From assembly GCA_963719085.1 (NCBI GenBank), contig CAVRAL010000001.1, forward strand, positions 1,184,001 through 1,248,000: a stretch of 64,000 bases of DNA. Direction: 5' to 3'. A program made the translations under genes and the position numbers. This DNA comes from a candidate division FCPU426 bacterium. Lineage in GTDB: Bacteria; Oederibacteriota; Muellerivitia; Muellerivitales; Muellerivitaceae. This document shows, piece after piece, positions 19,339-29,790 of the stretch. The stretch's first letter is position 1. Every line of letters begins with the position of its first letter. The notes beneath the pieces are model-generated. The model ran no database searches. It saw only the letters and a list, made by a program, of their open reading frames with translations, and was not told where the DNA came from.

Positions 19339-20034
19339 TTAGGCGTTCGGCGTGAAACGAGAATATAGGCCTTCCCGCTTAAGCCTTGCTTTAATCAAAT
19401 CAAAAGACCGGTCCAGCTTCTTTTTGTTCTCCGGAAAATAAGGCCAGGGACTGGCGCCCGAAGGGTGTGGAATGGGAATCACGAAAGCCGGGCCGCCCGG
19501 CAGGTCCTTTTCAAACTCAATCCCGATGGTTTCGGACATTTTTTTAAAACCCAATATCCGCTCAATCGCCATGCTTCCAATTAAAACCACCACCCGGGGG
19601 GCCAAAAGCCTCAAGGCCTCATCCAAATAAGGGGCGCAGTTCTCAATTTCCCAGGGACTGGGCTTGCGATCCCCGGTTCCCTTGGGATTTTTCCCGGGAT
19701 AGCATTTGGTGACGGCGGTGATATAGCCGTTTTCCCGGATGAGTTCCTCGGTCATACCGATCGTGTTGAACCATTTAAAAAGCCTTCGGCCGGCCGTCCA
19801 AGCGAAGTTTTTCTGGGCCACCGGCTCTTTAATGCCGGGAGCCTGGCCGATCAAAAACAAGCCGCCCCTTTTGGGCAGGCCCGTTCCCGCGACCGGGCAG
19901 TTGCCGCCCTTTTCAAAACACTTGGAACACCCGCGTATGGTTTGGTGAAGCTCCTTCAGTTCGGCCGACAGCGCGCCTTTACTTGGCGGCTTGGCTGTCC
20001 GGGCTGTCGGTGGTTTGCGGTTGGCTGGATCCAT
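19339..20034 (-). CDS. Uracil-DNA glycosylase family protein
   Basis: CxxC, IGQAPG, KCYPG, HPSGAS motifs; start uncertain (overlaps upstream gene). Confidence 0.85.
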   Translation of the reverse strand: MDPANRKPPTARTAKPPSKGALSAELKELHQTIRGCSKCFEKGGNCPVAGTGLPKRGGLFLIGQAPGIKEPVAQKNFAWTAGRRLFKWFNTIGMTEELIRENGYITAVTKCYPGKNPKGTGDRKPSPWEIENCAPYLDEALRLLAPRVVVLIGSMAIERILGFKKMSETIGIEFEKDLPGGPAFVIPIPHPSGASPWPYFPENKKKLDRSFDLIKARLKREGLYSRFTPNA

Positions 20035-21010
20035 CGTTGGCGGATTCCTCTCCCTTGTCATAAGCTTTGGCGGCGTCCGGATCGAGGTCTTTGAGCTCGT
20101 CCAAAGCCATCGTCATATTCTCCGAATGATAGGAAGGATCGATCGCGTTCGCCCGGTAAAAAACGTCCACGGATTTCTTCAAGTCCGCCACCGTTCCCCG
20201 GCCCGAATCATAAAGGACCCAATAGCTGTATCCCAAATTATTTAAATAAACTTTTTCCTTCGGCTGGGCGGCTACCGCGCGCTCAAAAAACGGCACCGAT
20301 TCCGGCGGACGGCGGGCGTCGAGCAAAGCCTTGCCGGCCCGGTTGGCCGCCGCGCCTTTGCCGGCGGGAGTGCTGGACAAGGCCTCCGCTTGTTTAAAAG
20401 CTTTCAGCGCCAAGTCAAATTGGCCTTGGGCCTGGGCCGCGTCCCCAATGGCCAAAAGCGCCTTAAAACTTTGCCCCGTCAATTTGGGTTCGGGGCCGGG
20501 CGTGGCTTGGGCGTAACTTTCTTCACGGGCCAAATCCGCCTTGGCCCGATCCAGCAGTTCCGGACTGTCTCCGCTGGCGTCCAGGTTTTGAATGGCCGCC
20601 TTCAACTCATCGGTCCCGGCCAGACCATACTCATAAAGGCTGTAAGAGGCGGCGCCTAAATTTTTGAGGGCGGTTTTATTGCCGCCATCCTGGGAAACCG
20701 CGTCCGACAGGGAAGTCTTAGCGTCCGTCCAATCCTTCGCCCGCAAGTAGGCCCAGCCTTGGGCGTTGGCAGCCTCGCTTTTGCTTTTGGGGCTGGAGGC
20801 CAAATTCTCAGCCGCGCCGTAATCCCCGGCGGCTTGGATGAACTTGCGATCCTTTAAATCCTGGTTGCCGGCCGCGTAGGCTTCCTTGAAAGTGCTAAAG
20901 ACCGGCGACGCGGCCGCGCCCGTCGAGGCGGCGGAGCTTTGGGACCAGCCGTTCAAAGGCATCAAGCTCAAACCAGCCACACTGATCAGAAGAATCAAGC
21001 GCGTCTTCAT
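19979..21010 (-). CDS. Exported TPR protein
   Basis: Signal peptide; TPR-like repeats (ALKNLG, YLNNLG); two similar halves. Confidence 0.8.
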   Translation of the reverse strand: MKTRLILLISVAGLSLMPLNGWSQSSAASTGAAASPVFSTFKEAYAAGNQDLKDRKFIQAAGDYGAAENLASSPKSKSEAANAQGWAYLRAKDWTDAKTSLSDAVSQDGGNKTALKNLGAASYSLYEYGLAGTDELKAAIQNLDASGDSPELLDRAKADLAREESYAQATPGPEPKLTGQSFKALLAIGDAAQAQGQFDLALKAFKQAEALSSTPAGKGAAANRAGKALLDARRPPESVPFFERAVAAQPKEKVYLNNLGYSYWVLYDSGRGTVADLKKSVDVFYRANAIDPSYHSENMTMALDELKDLDPDAAKAYDKGEESANDGSSQPQTTDSPDSQAAK

Positions 21011-21190
21011 GAAAGCCTCCTCGTTGGGTCCGACAAAACAAATTCCTAAACCTCATTCTAAGCAGACCCCGGCGCCTTTCACAGAAAATTAAGGACGGGT
21101 CCCATGTTTAAAAACTGAATCGAACTTTTTTAGATAACAAAATCAAAGGTTTTAAGGCAAAATAGGCCTCCATCACCTTGAAGGATCGAC

Positions 21191-22204
21191 ATGTTCAAGC
21201 AAAAAAGCACCTGGATCGGCCTCGCGTTTATCATCGTTACTTTTTACTTTCTTTTCCGCAACCTGGACTTCAAATTACTTTTGCAGGCCTTGATGCAGTT
21301 CCAGCTGGTTTGGATCGTTCCCGCCCTCATCATTTATTTGTTGGGTTACGTGATTCGGGGCTACCGCTGGATGATTCTTCTCTCCCCCATCAAACGATGC
21401 GACTTTTCCAGCCTTTTCTCGACCCTCATTATCGGCTTCATGATGAACAATATCCTGCCCGCCCGCTTGGGGGAATTTTACCGGGCCCATTTGAACGGCA
21501 AAAAACAGGGCATCAGCCGCAGCGCCTCTCTGGCTACCATTATTTTAGAAAGGCTCTTTGACGGCCTCACCATGATCGTGGCCCTTTGGGCCGCCCTGTC
21601 CTTCGCCAATCTGCCCATCCAGGTCCAATCCATGCCGTTGAGCATCCAATACGCCATCCGCTGGGCCCCCTGGTTTTTTGGGACGGCTTTCTTTTTTTGT
21701 TTCGCGCTGCTCATCTTTAAACAAACCGCGATCGCCATCATGAATTATTTCATTTCCCACGCGCCCCACAAATACCAAGAGGTCCTCTCGAAAATCGGAC
21801 ACGCCTTTATCGACGGGCTGCAAATTTTGCAAAACTTCAAGGAAAGCTTCGGGGTCATGGCGCTATCGCTCTTGGCCTGGGGCTGTGAGTTTACGTCCTA
21901 CTACTTTATCGCCATCGGATTCTCCCTGGCCCCGGCCCCGCTGAATCTTTGGTCGGCGGCGCTTTTAATGGCGGTGGCCAACCTTGGCATCCTGATCCCC
22001 AACGCTCCCGGCGGAGTGGGTCTTTTTGAGTTCATCGGTGTGGGTCTTCTTTTACCCTACGGCATCGCCAAAGCCACCGCCGTCGGCTATATGTTCTTTC
22101 TGCATTTTTTATTGCTGATTCCCATCACCCTGATGGGACTTTATTTCTTCGCCAAAGAAGGACTTCATTTTAAGGACATTGGCAAAAAGGAAATACCCTC
22201 ATGA
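21191..22204 (+). CDS. Lysylphosphatidylglycerol synthase TM-region (UPF0104) flippase-like protein
   Basis: RW, NNILPARLGE, ERLFD, PGGVGLFE. Confidence 0.88.
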   Translation: MFKQKSTWIGLAFIIVTFYFLFRNLDFKLLLQALMQFQLVWIVPALIIYLLGYVIRGYRWMILLSPIKRCDFSSLFSTLIIGFMMNNILPARLGEFYRAHLNGKKQGISRSASLATIILERLFDGLTMIVALWAALSFANLPIQVQSMPLSIQYAIRWAPWFFGTAFFFCFALLIFKQTAIAIMNYFISHAPHKYQEVLSKIGHAFIDGLQILQNFKESFGVMALSLLAWGCEFTSYYFIAIGFSLAPAPLNLWSAALLMAVANLGILIPNAPGGVGLFEFIGVGLLLPYGIAKATAVGYMFFLHFLLLIPITLMGLYFFAKEGLHFKDIGKKEIPS

Positions 22205-23523
22205 AAATCGCGATTATCGGCGGGGGCGTGGCGGGCTTAACCGCCGCTTACCGGCTGGCCCAAAAAGACCACGAAGTGGATGTTTATGAGGCGGCGGATT
22301 ACGTGGGCGGCTTGGCCGCCGGTTTCCCCGTGGCGGGCACCCGGCTCGAGAAGTATTACCATCATCTTTTTACCAGCGACCATTCGATCCGGGGCCTGGT
22401 CCACGAACTGGGCCTGTCCCATAAGCTCAACTGGTTCACCAGCCAGATGGCTTTTTATCACGAAGGCAAAATTTATCCTTTCGGCACCGCCAAACAGCTT
22501 TTAGCCTTCAAACCCCTGCCCTTCTGGGACCGCATCCGTTTTGGCGTCCAAGCCCTCTATCTGGGAAAGGTGAGCCACTGGAAAAAGTACGAGGAAATCA
22601 CCGCCTATGCCTGGCTGAAAAAATACGCCGGCCCGCACATCCTCAAAGTGATTTGGGAGCCCATGCTGCGCTCCAAGTTCAGCCAATATTTCGACAAAGT
22701 GGCCATGGCCTGGTTCTGGGCGCGGGTTCATACCCGGGCCTCCTCCCGAAAAGGGTCTGTGGAGAAGCTGGGTTATTTCGAGGGCGGCTTTGACGCTTTC
22801 ATTAATGAGTTGGCCAAGACGGTCCGGGCCAAAGGCGCGACCATCCATTTAAAAAAACCGGTGGAAAAAATCGTCACCTCAGGGGGGAAACTAACGGGCA
22901 TCGTCGTGGACGGAGTGGAGATGAAATACGACCGCCTGATCTTCTCGGCGGCCACCCCGGTTTTTTTGAAAACCTGCGCCGAGCTTCCGAAAGAATATGT
23001 GGAACGGCTCACCCAATTGGACTTCATGGCCGCCCAATGCCTGATCCTGGTGATGAAAAAGCCTTTCAGCGGCATGTATTGGATGAACATCTCCGATATG
23101 CAAATTCCCTTTTTGGCCTTGGTGGAACACACCAACTTCGCACCCAAGGATTGGTACCAAGGTAAAAGCTTGATGTACATCGGCAACTACCTTCCCAAGG
23201 AACATAAGCTTTTCAATATCCCCAAGGAAGAACTGCTGGCCGAGTTCCTGCCGCACCTGCAAAAAATCAACCCCCAGTTCAGCGCCGCGGACATTGAGGA
23301 ATCCTTCTTATTCCGGGACCGCTTCGCCCAGCCCGTGGTGCCCCTGCATTACAGCGCCGTCAAACCGGACTATACCACCCCCATCGAGAATGTCTTTTTG
23401 GCCAACATGTCCCTGGTTTACCCGGAAGACCGGGGAACCAATTTCGCCGTCCAAGTGGGCGACAAGGTTTCCCGGATGGTCGATCCCGAAATCCTGATCC
23501 CCACCTTTAAAGAACCCCAGTAA
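22201..23523 (+). CDS. FAD-dependent oxidoreductase (HemY-like fold)
   Basis: GGGVAGL dinucleotide motif, EKYYHH, YPEDRG. Confidence 0.85.
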   Translation: MKIAIIGGGVAGLTAAYRLAQKDHEVDVYEAADYVGGLAAGFPVAGTRLEKYYHHLFTSDHSIRGLVHELGLSHKLNWFTSQMAFYHEGKIYPFGTAKQLLAFKPLPFWDRIRFGVQALYLGKVSHWKKYEEITAYAWLKKYAGPHILKVIWEPMLRSKFSQYFDKVAMAWFWARVHTRASSRKGSVEKLGYFEGGFDAFINELAKTVRAKGATIHLKKPVEKIVTSGGKLTGIVVDGVEMKYDRLIFSAATPVFLKTCAELPKEYVERLTQLDFMAAQCLILVMKKPFSGMYWMNISDMQIPFLALVEHTNFAPKDWYQGKSLMYIGNYLPKEHKLFNIPKEELLAEFLPHLQKINPQFSAADIEESFLFRDRFAQPVVPLHYSAVKPDYTTPIENVFLANMSLVYPEDRGTNFAVQVGDKVSRMVDPEILIPTFKEPQ

Positions 23524-23599
23524 GTTAATTTTCAAGGGCCCCGCCCGGGGCCCCTGTGGTACTATTTCCCGGATTTCAAAGCAAAACCAGGCCGAATCA

Positions 23600-23686
23600 T
23601 TTACATGGATGAACGCAGATGGACGCCGATTAAACACAAGAAATTATTTTTTATCATCAGCGTTCATCCGCGCACATCATTGTTAA
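23600..23686. repeat. Intergenic palindrome, 10-mer-unit family, copy 4
   Basis: GATGAACGCAGATGGACGCCGAT ... ATCAGCGTTCATCCGCGCACATCATTGTTAA. Confidence 0.85.
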
Positions 23687-23713
23687 TTGACTAAGATTTA
23701 AGGAGTTTTTGAA

Positions 23714-24418
23714 ATGCCCAAAGTCCCGTCCCTGTCGGTTTTTTTTCCCGAATATAACGAGGAAGCCAACGTCGAGAATATGGTGAAGACGGCTCAAGCC
23801 ATCATTCCCGAGGTGGCGGAGAAATGGGAAATCATCCCGGTCAACGACGGCAGTAAGGATAAAACCGGCGAGATCATTGACCGCCTCGCCAAGGCCGATC
23901 CCCATGTCAAACCCGTCCACCATGAGAAAAACAAAGGATACGGCGGCGCCGTCATCTCCGGCCTGAAGGCCTCCACGATGGACCTGGTTTTTTTTACCGA
24001 CGGGGATTTGCAATTTGACCTCCGGGAAATCACCCTGCTTTTGGAAAAACTTGACGAGGGCGATCTCATTTTAGGATTCCGCAAGAACCGCCGGGATCCC
24101 TGGAACCGCAAGCTAAACGCCTTTTTATGGGGCTCGCTGGTGAAGTTCCTCTTCGGCTTCAAAGTGAAAGACGTGGATTGCGCCTTCAAACTCATCAAGC
24201 GTAAAGTCTTGGATAAAGTCGAGGTCACCGCGGGCGGGGCCATGGTCTCCACCGAGCTTTTAGCCCGGGCCCACAAGGCGGGATTTAAGTTCGTGGAAGT
24301 GGGCGTCACCCACCTCCCCCGCGTCGCCGGAACCCAAACCGGCGCCAACCTGAAGGTGATTTTGCGGGCCTTCAAGGAACTGTTCAAGCTTTACGGCAAG
24401 ATCAACAGCCAAAAATAA
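23714..24418 (+). CDS. Glycosyltransferase family 2 (DPM1-like)
   Basis: PEYNEE, VNDGSKDKT, NKGYGGA, TDGDLQ, DVDCAFKL. Confidence 0.92.
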   Translation: MPKVPSLSVFFPEYNEEANVENMVKTAQAIIPEVAEKWEIIPVNDGSKDKTGEIIDRLAKADPHVKPVHHEKNKGYGGAVISGLKASTMDLVFFTDGDLQFDLREITLLLEKLDEGDLILGFRKNRRDPWNRKLNAFLWGSLVKFLFGFKVKDVDCAFKLIKRKVLDKVEVTAGGAMVSTELLARAHKAGFKFVEVGVTHLPRVAGTQTGANLKVILRAFKELFKLYGKINSQK

Positions 24419-24445
24419 AACGCCGGACGTTTCGCTTCCCTTCAG

Positions 24446-27400
24446 TCATCCCAAGGCCGGGAAGGTCCAAAAAAACGAGGCGCCTTTCCCCAACTCCGAT
24501 TCCACCCAGATGCGTCCGCCATGCCGGGTCACCACCTTTTTGCAGATGGCCAGCCCAATGCCGGTACCCGGATATTCGCGCCGGGTATGCAGGCGTTTAA
24601 AGATCTCAAAAATCTGCTCGGCATAGCGCGGCTCCAATCCAATGCCGTTGTCCCTGACGCAAAAGAGCCACTCGCCTCCATGCCGCTTGGCTTCCACATG
24701 GATTTCCGGAGGAGCGGCCGTCCTGAATTTCACCGCGTTGGCGATCAGGTTCTGGAACAACTGGGTGATTTGGTTGAAGTCGCCTTTGACTACCGGCAGT
24801 TCGGATTGAAAAACCTCGGCCCCGCTTTCCTTTAGAACCCCGTCCTGCTCGGCGAGGGTTTGACGAAGGGCCTCCGCGCAATCCACCTTCTCGAAGGGCC
24901 GTCCTCCGCTGTCCAACCGGGAATAGGCCAAGAGATCCAGGATAAGCGCCTGCATACGCATCACGCCGCTCACAGCCTCTTGGATATATTGGTCGGCGGT
25001 CGCGTCCAGCTTCCCTTTGTACTCCCGCGCCAACAGTTGGACAAAGCTGGCGACCATCCGCAAAGGCTCCTGCAGGTCATGGGACGCCACATAGGCGAAT
25101 TGCTCCAATTCCTTGTTGGAGCGGGCTAATTCCTCCATTTTCTTTCTTTGGGTGATATCCCGCCCGATTGAGGCGCTTCCCAAAGGCTTTCCCGTTTCAG
25201 GGTCCTTGATATAGACCACGCTGAAATGAACAGGAACGGGCTGGTTGGTTTTCTGGTTTTTCAACCGGACTTCCCCTTCCCAGTAGCCCTTTTCCCGCGC
25301 GCTCACGCCCTCTTGCGCGTCCAAAGCTTGAAGCCGCTGAAGATCTTCCCCAAAAAAGAACGCCTCGGGGCGAAGCGCGGCGACGTCGGTCTCCGGGTCA
25401 ATTCCCAGAATCCGGCGGCCCGCGTCATTGAGATAGGTATTCTTGCCATCCGGGTCGCTCATGGAAATAAGGTCACGGCTGCTTTCCACGATACGGGCCA
25501 ATTTCCGGACTTCTTTTTGATTTCTTTTGTTCTCCGTGATGTCCCGGAAAACCGAGACCCCGCCCCGGATCGCCCCGCCCAAGTCCCGGATCGGGCGACT
25601 GGTAGTGACCAGGTGGATCCCATCGGGCTTCAGGGGATTTCGGACGAAAAGCTCCACGTTATCGGAGGACTTTCCCGCGAGGGTCTGGGAAATGGGAAAA
25701 TCCTCCGGCGAGAGCGGGGGTCCATCCTCGCTGAAGCAAACGACGTTTTTCCGGTCCCCCCGCGGCGGGAGCGGGTCCCCTATTTGTCCGCCCAAGATAA
25801 TCTGTGCCGCGGGGTTCACAAAAAGGGTTTTGCCTTTTTCGTCGCAAACCAAGAGCCCCTCGCCCATATTGTCGACGATCGACTTCATCAAGTCCGCTTG
25901 TTCCCGAAGTTCTTTTTCGTCCTTTTTCTGCCGGGTTAAATCCCTCACGCAAGCGACCCGGGCGTCCCGCCCCTCAAAGTAAATGGGTTTGCCGGTGGCC
26001 TCGGCCGGAAAAACCGCGCCATCCTTTCGGAGCCCCTTGAACTCGTAGGCGCTTTCCACCCCGGCGGCGATATTTTGAAGGACCGCCGAGCGGCTCCCAG
26101 ACTCAATCAGGTCGCCCACCGGCATGCCCCGCATTTCCTCCGAGGTGTAGCCAAACATCCGGGCGAAAACCGAGTTGGTCGTCAAGATGCCGGCTTCCCG
26201 GGTGATGACGATGCCTTCCCGGGTGGACTCCGACAACTGGCGGAACCGCTCCTCACTTTCCAAAAGGGACAAGCGGGCGATTTGACGCTCCGAAATGTCC
26301 CGGGAATTCACGATGATTCCCCGCACCGCCGGCTCCCCCAGGGCGTTTTTACCAATGGACTCCAAGTCCCGCCAAGACCCATCCTTGTGCCGGCATCGAA
26401 ACCGCACGGATTGGGTTTGTCCCGGATCCCGCAGGAGGGCTCCAAACTTTTCCCGCACCCTCGGAAGGTCCTCTTCGTGGACCAAGCGAAAAACGTCCGA
26501 CCCCGCCAATTCTTGGGGCGGGTAACCCAAAACGGCCTGGATGCCGGCGTTGACATAAAGGACGGTGCCTTGCCCATCCAAAATCGTCACCACATCCAAC
26601 GCGTTTTCGATCAAGGCGCGGAAATATTTTTCACTGTCCTGCAGAGATTTTTCCGCCCTCCGGGCTTTTTGGAGGTTTTTTTCCGCCAGATTTCTTTCCA
26701 AGATAGCCGCCGCCAAAGCCAGAGAAGAGACGCAGGTCACCGCGGCGAAACTTTGGAGAACTAAAAGGGCCTGGTCGGGCGGCAGTCCCCCAAAAGGCCC
26801 CAAATGATTCAATGTGTTTCTTAAAGCCACGCCTGAAAGAATAAGTCCGCCCAGGGCGGTTTCCCGGGGGCCGTAACGGTAGGCCGTCCAAAGCAGGAGG
26901 GGCCCCCCCAGGAAAGCCAGGGGAAAATGTTGGCCCTCGGACAAAAACCATCCGCCGAAAACCGCCTGTCCGAGGATGAAAATAACCGCCAGGCTGGCGA
27001 GTATTTCCGGAACCCGGCGCCAATGGATTTTAGGGTCCCGCGCCCATAGCAAAATAAAAGGGGTCACGATGAGGGCCCCCGTCATGTCTCCCAACCACCA
27101 AGTCATCCAAATTTTCCAGTAGGAAGCCCAAACCGCGAAACCGCTCAAGCAAAGACTCAGGACGCCCAGCGTGGCGCTGATGAGGGTCGCCAAAACTCCA
27201 GCCAATCCCACGAACTTGAGGATGTCGGGAGCCCGTTCAAAAGCCGCGGGCCCCTGGGCAAACCGCCGGACCCAATAAGCCCCCGCCAGTCCTTCCAGGC
27301 TGTTGCCCGTGGCGATGCCAAGGGAGGTCCAAACCGTGCCCGCGGTCGTGAAGTTGACCAGAAACGCCCCCAAAAAAACGGCGGGCCAAACCCGGAAACC

Positions 27401-27571
27401 CAGGATGAGGAAACCCGCTAAAGCGATTCCCGTGGGCGGCCAAACCGCCGTCGCGCTGGCGTTGACGAAAGCCAGTTGAAGCCCCAGTTTCGCCGAGATG
27501 ACATAGGCCGCGAAAAGGAGGATCATCCCTCCCCAACCGCGCGTCCGTAAGAATAGGGCAAAGTCGTTCAT
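24446..27571 (-). CDS. MASE1 / multi-PAS sensor histidine kinase
   Basis: VWPPTG and WWLGD (MASE1), four PAS-like domains, FAYVASHDLQEPLR, DNGIG, GTGIGL. Confidence 0.92.
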   Translation of the reverse strand: MNDFALFLRTRGWGGMILLFAAYVISAKLGLQLAFVNASATAVWPPTGIALAGFLILGFRVWPAVFLGAFLVNFTTAGTVWTSLGIATGNSLEGLAGAYWVRRFAQGPAAFERAPDILKFVGLAGVLATLISATLGVLSLCLSGFAVWASYWKIWMTWWLGDMTGALIVTPFILLWARDPKIHWRRVPEILASLAVIFILGQAVFGGWFLSEGQHFPLAFLGGPLLLWTAYRYGPRETALGGLILSGVALRNTLNHLGPFGGLPPDQALLVLQSFAAVTCVSSLALAAAILERNLAEKNLQKARRAEKSLQDSEKYFRALIENALDVVTILDGQGTVLYVNAGIQAVLGYPPQELAGSDVFRLVHEEDLPRVREKFGALLRDPGQTQSVRFRCRHKDGSWRDLESIGKNALGEPAVRGIIVNSRDISERQIARLSLLESEERFRQLSESTREGIVITREAGILTTNSVFARMFGYTSEEMRGMPVGDLIESGSRSAVLQNIAAGVESAYEFKGLRKDGAVFPAEATGKPIYFEGRDARVACVRDLTRQKKDEKELREQADLMKSIVDNMGEGLLVCDEKGKTLFVNPAAQIILGGQIGDPLPPRGDRKNVVCFSEDGPPLSPEDFPISQTLAGKSSDNVELFVRNPLKPDGIHLVTTSRPIRDLGGAIRGGVSVFRDITENKRNQKEVRKLARIVESSRDLISMSDPDGKNTYLNDAGRRILGIDPETDVAALRPEAFFFGEDLQRLQALDAQEGVSAREKGYWEGEVRLKNQKTNQPVPVHFSVVYIKDPETGKPLGSASIGRDITQRKKMEELARSNKELEQFAYVASHDLQEPLRMVASFVQLLAREYKGKLDATADQYIQEAVSGVMRMQALILDLLAYSRLDSGGRPFEKVDCAEALRQTLAEQDGVLKESGAEVFQSELPVVKGDFNQITQLFQNLIANAVKFRTAAPPEIHVEAKRHGGEWLFCVRDNGIGLEPRYAEQIFEIFKRLHTRREYPGTGIGLAICKKVVTRHGGRIWVESELGKGASFFWTFPALG

Positions 27572-27575
27572 GCGC

Positions 27576-28883
27576 TCATCCGGTCTTTATTTCCTGGTAA
27601 ACCTCAAAGCGTCCCTTCCCGGCGACCTTGGCTTGGTACATGGCCGCGTCCGCAGCCCGAAGAAGGGCGTCAGGCCCCTGAATCGCGCCGGAAGAATAAG
27701 CGATGCCCACACTGACCGTAGTCGTCACTTCACTCCCCCCCACTTGAAACGGAACCTGAAAGGCCCGCAAAATCCGGTTCGCCACCTCAATGGCTTCGGA
27801 AGGGTCTGGAATTTCCTCCACCAGAACCGTGAACTCATCGCCCCCCATTCGCGCCACCAGATCATTAGGCCTCACACTGGAGCGAAGTCGTTGGCCGACC
27901 TCAAAAAGAAGCTGGTCTCCCGCTCCGTGGCCGAAGTGGTCATTGACATATTTAAAACGGTCCAAATCCAGGAATAAAAGCGCGAAACGGCCGGAGGGAT
28001 GACGCCTCAACTTCTCAAAACATCTCGCCAAGCTTTCCATAAAATGGGGGCGGTTGGGCAGCCCCGTGAGGGGATCATAAAAGGCGCGGAGCGCCAATTG
28101 TTTTTCCATGTTCTTGTGGCGGGTGATATCGGTAAAAGAACCGGCCACCCGGGTCGCGCGCTTGCGGTCATCCCGAATCGCCATTCCCCGGACCAAAACC
28201 CACCGGTAGCGGCCGTCCTTTTGCCGAAGGCGGTGCTCGCTGGTAAAATGCGGGGTCTTGCCGCAAAGATGGTTCGAAAGGTCCCGTTGCACTCGATCGT
28301 GGTCCCCCGGATGAACCCGTCCGAACCACTCCTCCGGCTTGTCGCCGACTTCCTCTTCCGAATAGTCCAACATGAGTTTCCATCGCGGGGAGAAAAAGAC
28401 CCGGCCCGTTAAAAAATTCCAATCCCACAAACCATCGTTGGAGCCGCGCGCGGCCAAAAAATACCGTTCCTCATTCTCGCGGGCCCTTTTGAGCAGGTCA
28501 TATCGTTCGACGGCGTAGCTAATGGCGCGTTTGAGCAAGGGGCCGTTCAACTCATCCTTTAAAAGGAAATCTTGGGCGCCTTCATGGAGGGATTGAATGG
28601 CGGCCTCTTTATCCCCCAACCCCGTCAAAACCACCACAGGAACACGGGGTTCTATTTTAAGGACCGATCGAAGCGTGGAAAGGCCGGAAGAATCGGGAAG
28701 AAAAAGATCGAGCAGCACCACATCGAATTCGCCTTTGGATAGGCAATCCAGGCAAGCTCCCAACCCGTCCACCCGTTGGAGTGAATAGAGGGATTGCGAT
28801 TTTTCCCGGAGCGCGGCTTGAAGCAAAAGGGCGTCCCCGGGATTATCCTCAACCAACAAAACTCGAATCGGTTTAGGGTCCAT
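27576..28883 (-). CDS. REC-PAS-GGDEF diguanylate cyclase
   Basis: Receiver domain, PAS (GSNDGLWDW), intact GGDEF with RxxD I-site (RPND). Confidence 0.93.
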   Translation of the reverse strand: MDPKPIRVLLVEDNPGDALLLQAALREKSQSLYSLQRVDGLGACLDCLSKGEFDVVLLDLFLPDSSGLSTLRSVLKIEPRVPVVVLTGLGDKEAAIQSLHEGAQDFLLKDELNGPLLKRAISYAVERYDLLKRARENEERYFLAARGSNDGLWDWNFLTGRVFFSPRWKLMLDYSEEEVGDKPEEWFGRVHPGDHDRVQRDLSNHLCGKTPHFTSEHRLRQKDGRYRWVLVRGMAIRDDRKRATRVAGSFTDITRHKNMEKQLALRAFYDPLTGLPNRPHFMESLARCFEKLRRHPSGRFALLFLDLDRFKYVNDHFGHGAGDQLLFEVGQRLRSSVRPNDLVARMGGDEFTVLVEEIPDPSEAIEVANRILRAFQVPFQVGGSEVTTTVSVGIAYSSGAIQGPDALLRAADAAMYQAKVAGKGRFEVYQEIKTG

Positions 28884-28917
28884 AAACGCCTCTTAGGACA
28901 ACCCAACCCCCGGCCGT

Positions 28918-29325
28918 TTAAAGCCAGGTATCTTCCACGTACCGCAGAGCCACGAACAACCGATCCAAGTCGGAGGGTTTGACGATGTAAAAATTCGCCA
29001 GGGACTCATAGGCCCGGCTGACATCGGTGTCCAATTTGGAATTCGTCAAAACCACAACAGGAATTTCCAAAAGCCTCGGATCCCGCTTGATTTCTCGCAA
29101 GACCTCAAACCCGCTTTTTCGGGGCATGTTTAAATCCAAAAGAATGAGATCGGGCTTCTCGGTTTTCAAAAAGTCCAAGGCCTCCACCCCGTCTTGGGCG
29201 CGGGATATTTCAATGGGGCGTTTGGAGGATTTAAAAACTTCCCGAATCAAAGTAACGTCGCCCGGGTTGTCCTCGATCAGCAACACATGGGTGGAACGGC
29301 TCGTCTCTTGAGTCAACGATGTCAT
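28918..29325 (-). CDS. Single-domain response regulator (Rcp1-like)
   Basis: LLIEDNPGD, LLDLNMP, ANFYIVKP. Confidence 0.92.
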   Translation of the reverse strand: MTSLTQETSRSTHVLLIEDNPGDVTLIREVFKSSKRPIEISRAQDGVEALDFLKTEKPDLILLDLNMPRKSGFEVLREIKRDPRLLEIPVVVLTNSKLDTDVSRAYESLANFYIVKPSDLDRLFVALRYVEDTWL

Positions 29326-29741
29326 AAAACCCCCTCTGACGATTGGCGCGTGGGTCGAAATGAGCGGGGCCGCGAATGCGCGAGCTCATATTCGGTAGGC
29401 TAAAATTAAAACGGAGAACAGGCTAAAAGACGAAGCGGCAACTTCGTGGACTCGGTTGTAACCTTCATGAAAATTTTACCCCCAAAACCCTCCGGGGGGT
29501 CCCCCACAAAGTTCACGAATCCGGGAAATCAATTACCCACGCCCTTTGGACGCCGGGCGAGCCACGGGCGGGCCGGAGAAAAAAACGCACAAAAGGGACC
29601 ACGGGTTTTCCAGAAGCCCGGCATGGGCCTGGAAATTCCCGGGAATGCGGGAGGAATTAAACCGCCCCAAAAGAGCCGGCTTAAAACGAGATGAAGATCA
29701 GCCCGCAAGCCCGTTAAACCAAATTCAAAATCACCGGAAAC

Positions 29742-29773
29742 AAAAAAGGCCCCCATGTTGGGAGCCTTTTTTT
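29742..29773. terminator. Intrinsic terminator
   Basis: AAAAAAGGCCCCCA-TGT-TGGGAGCCTTTTTT just downstream of the 29791-30783 gene. Confidence 0.8.
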
Positions 29774-29790
29774 CAGGGTCTTGATTCAAA

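Noticed and set aside
29326..29790. 465-bp gap with short ORFs and an AGGCTAAAA direct repeat
   Set aside because: ORFs lack RBS or motifs and one runs through a terminator; no recognisable riboswitch
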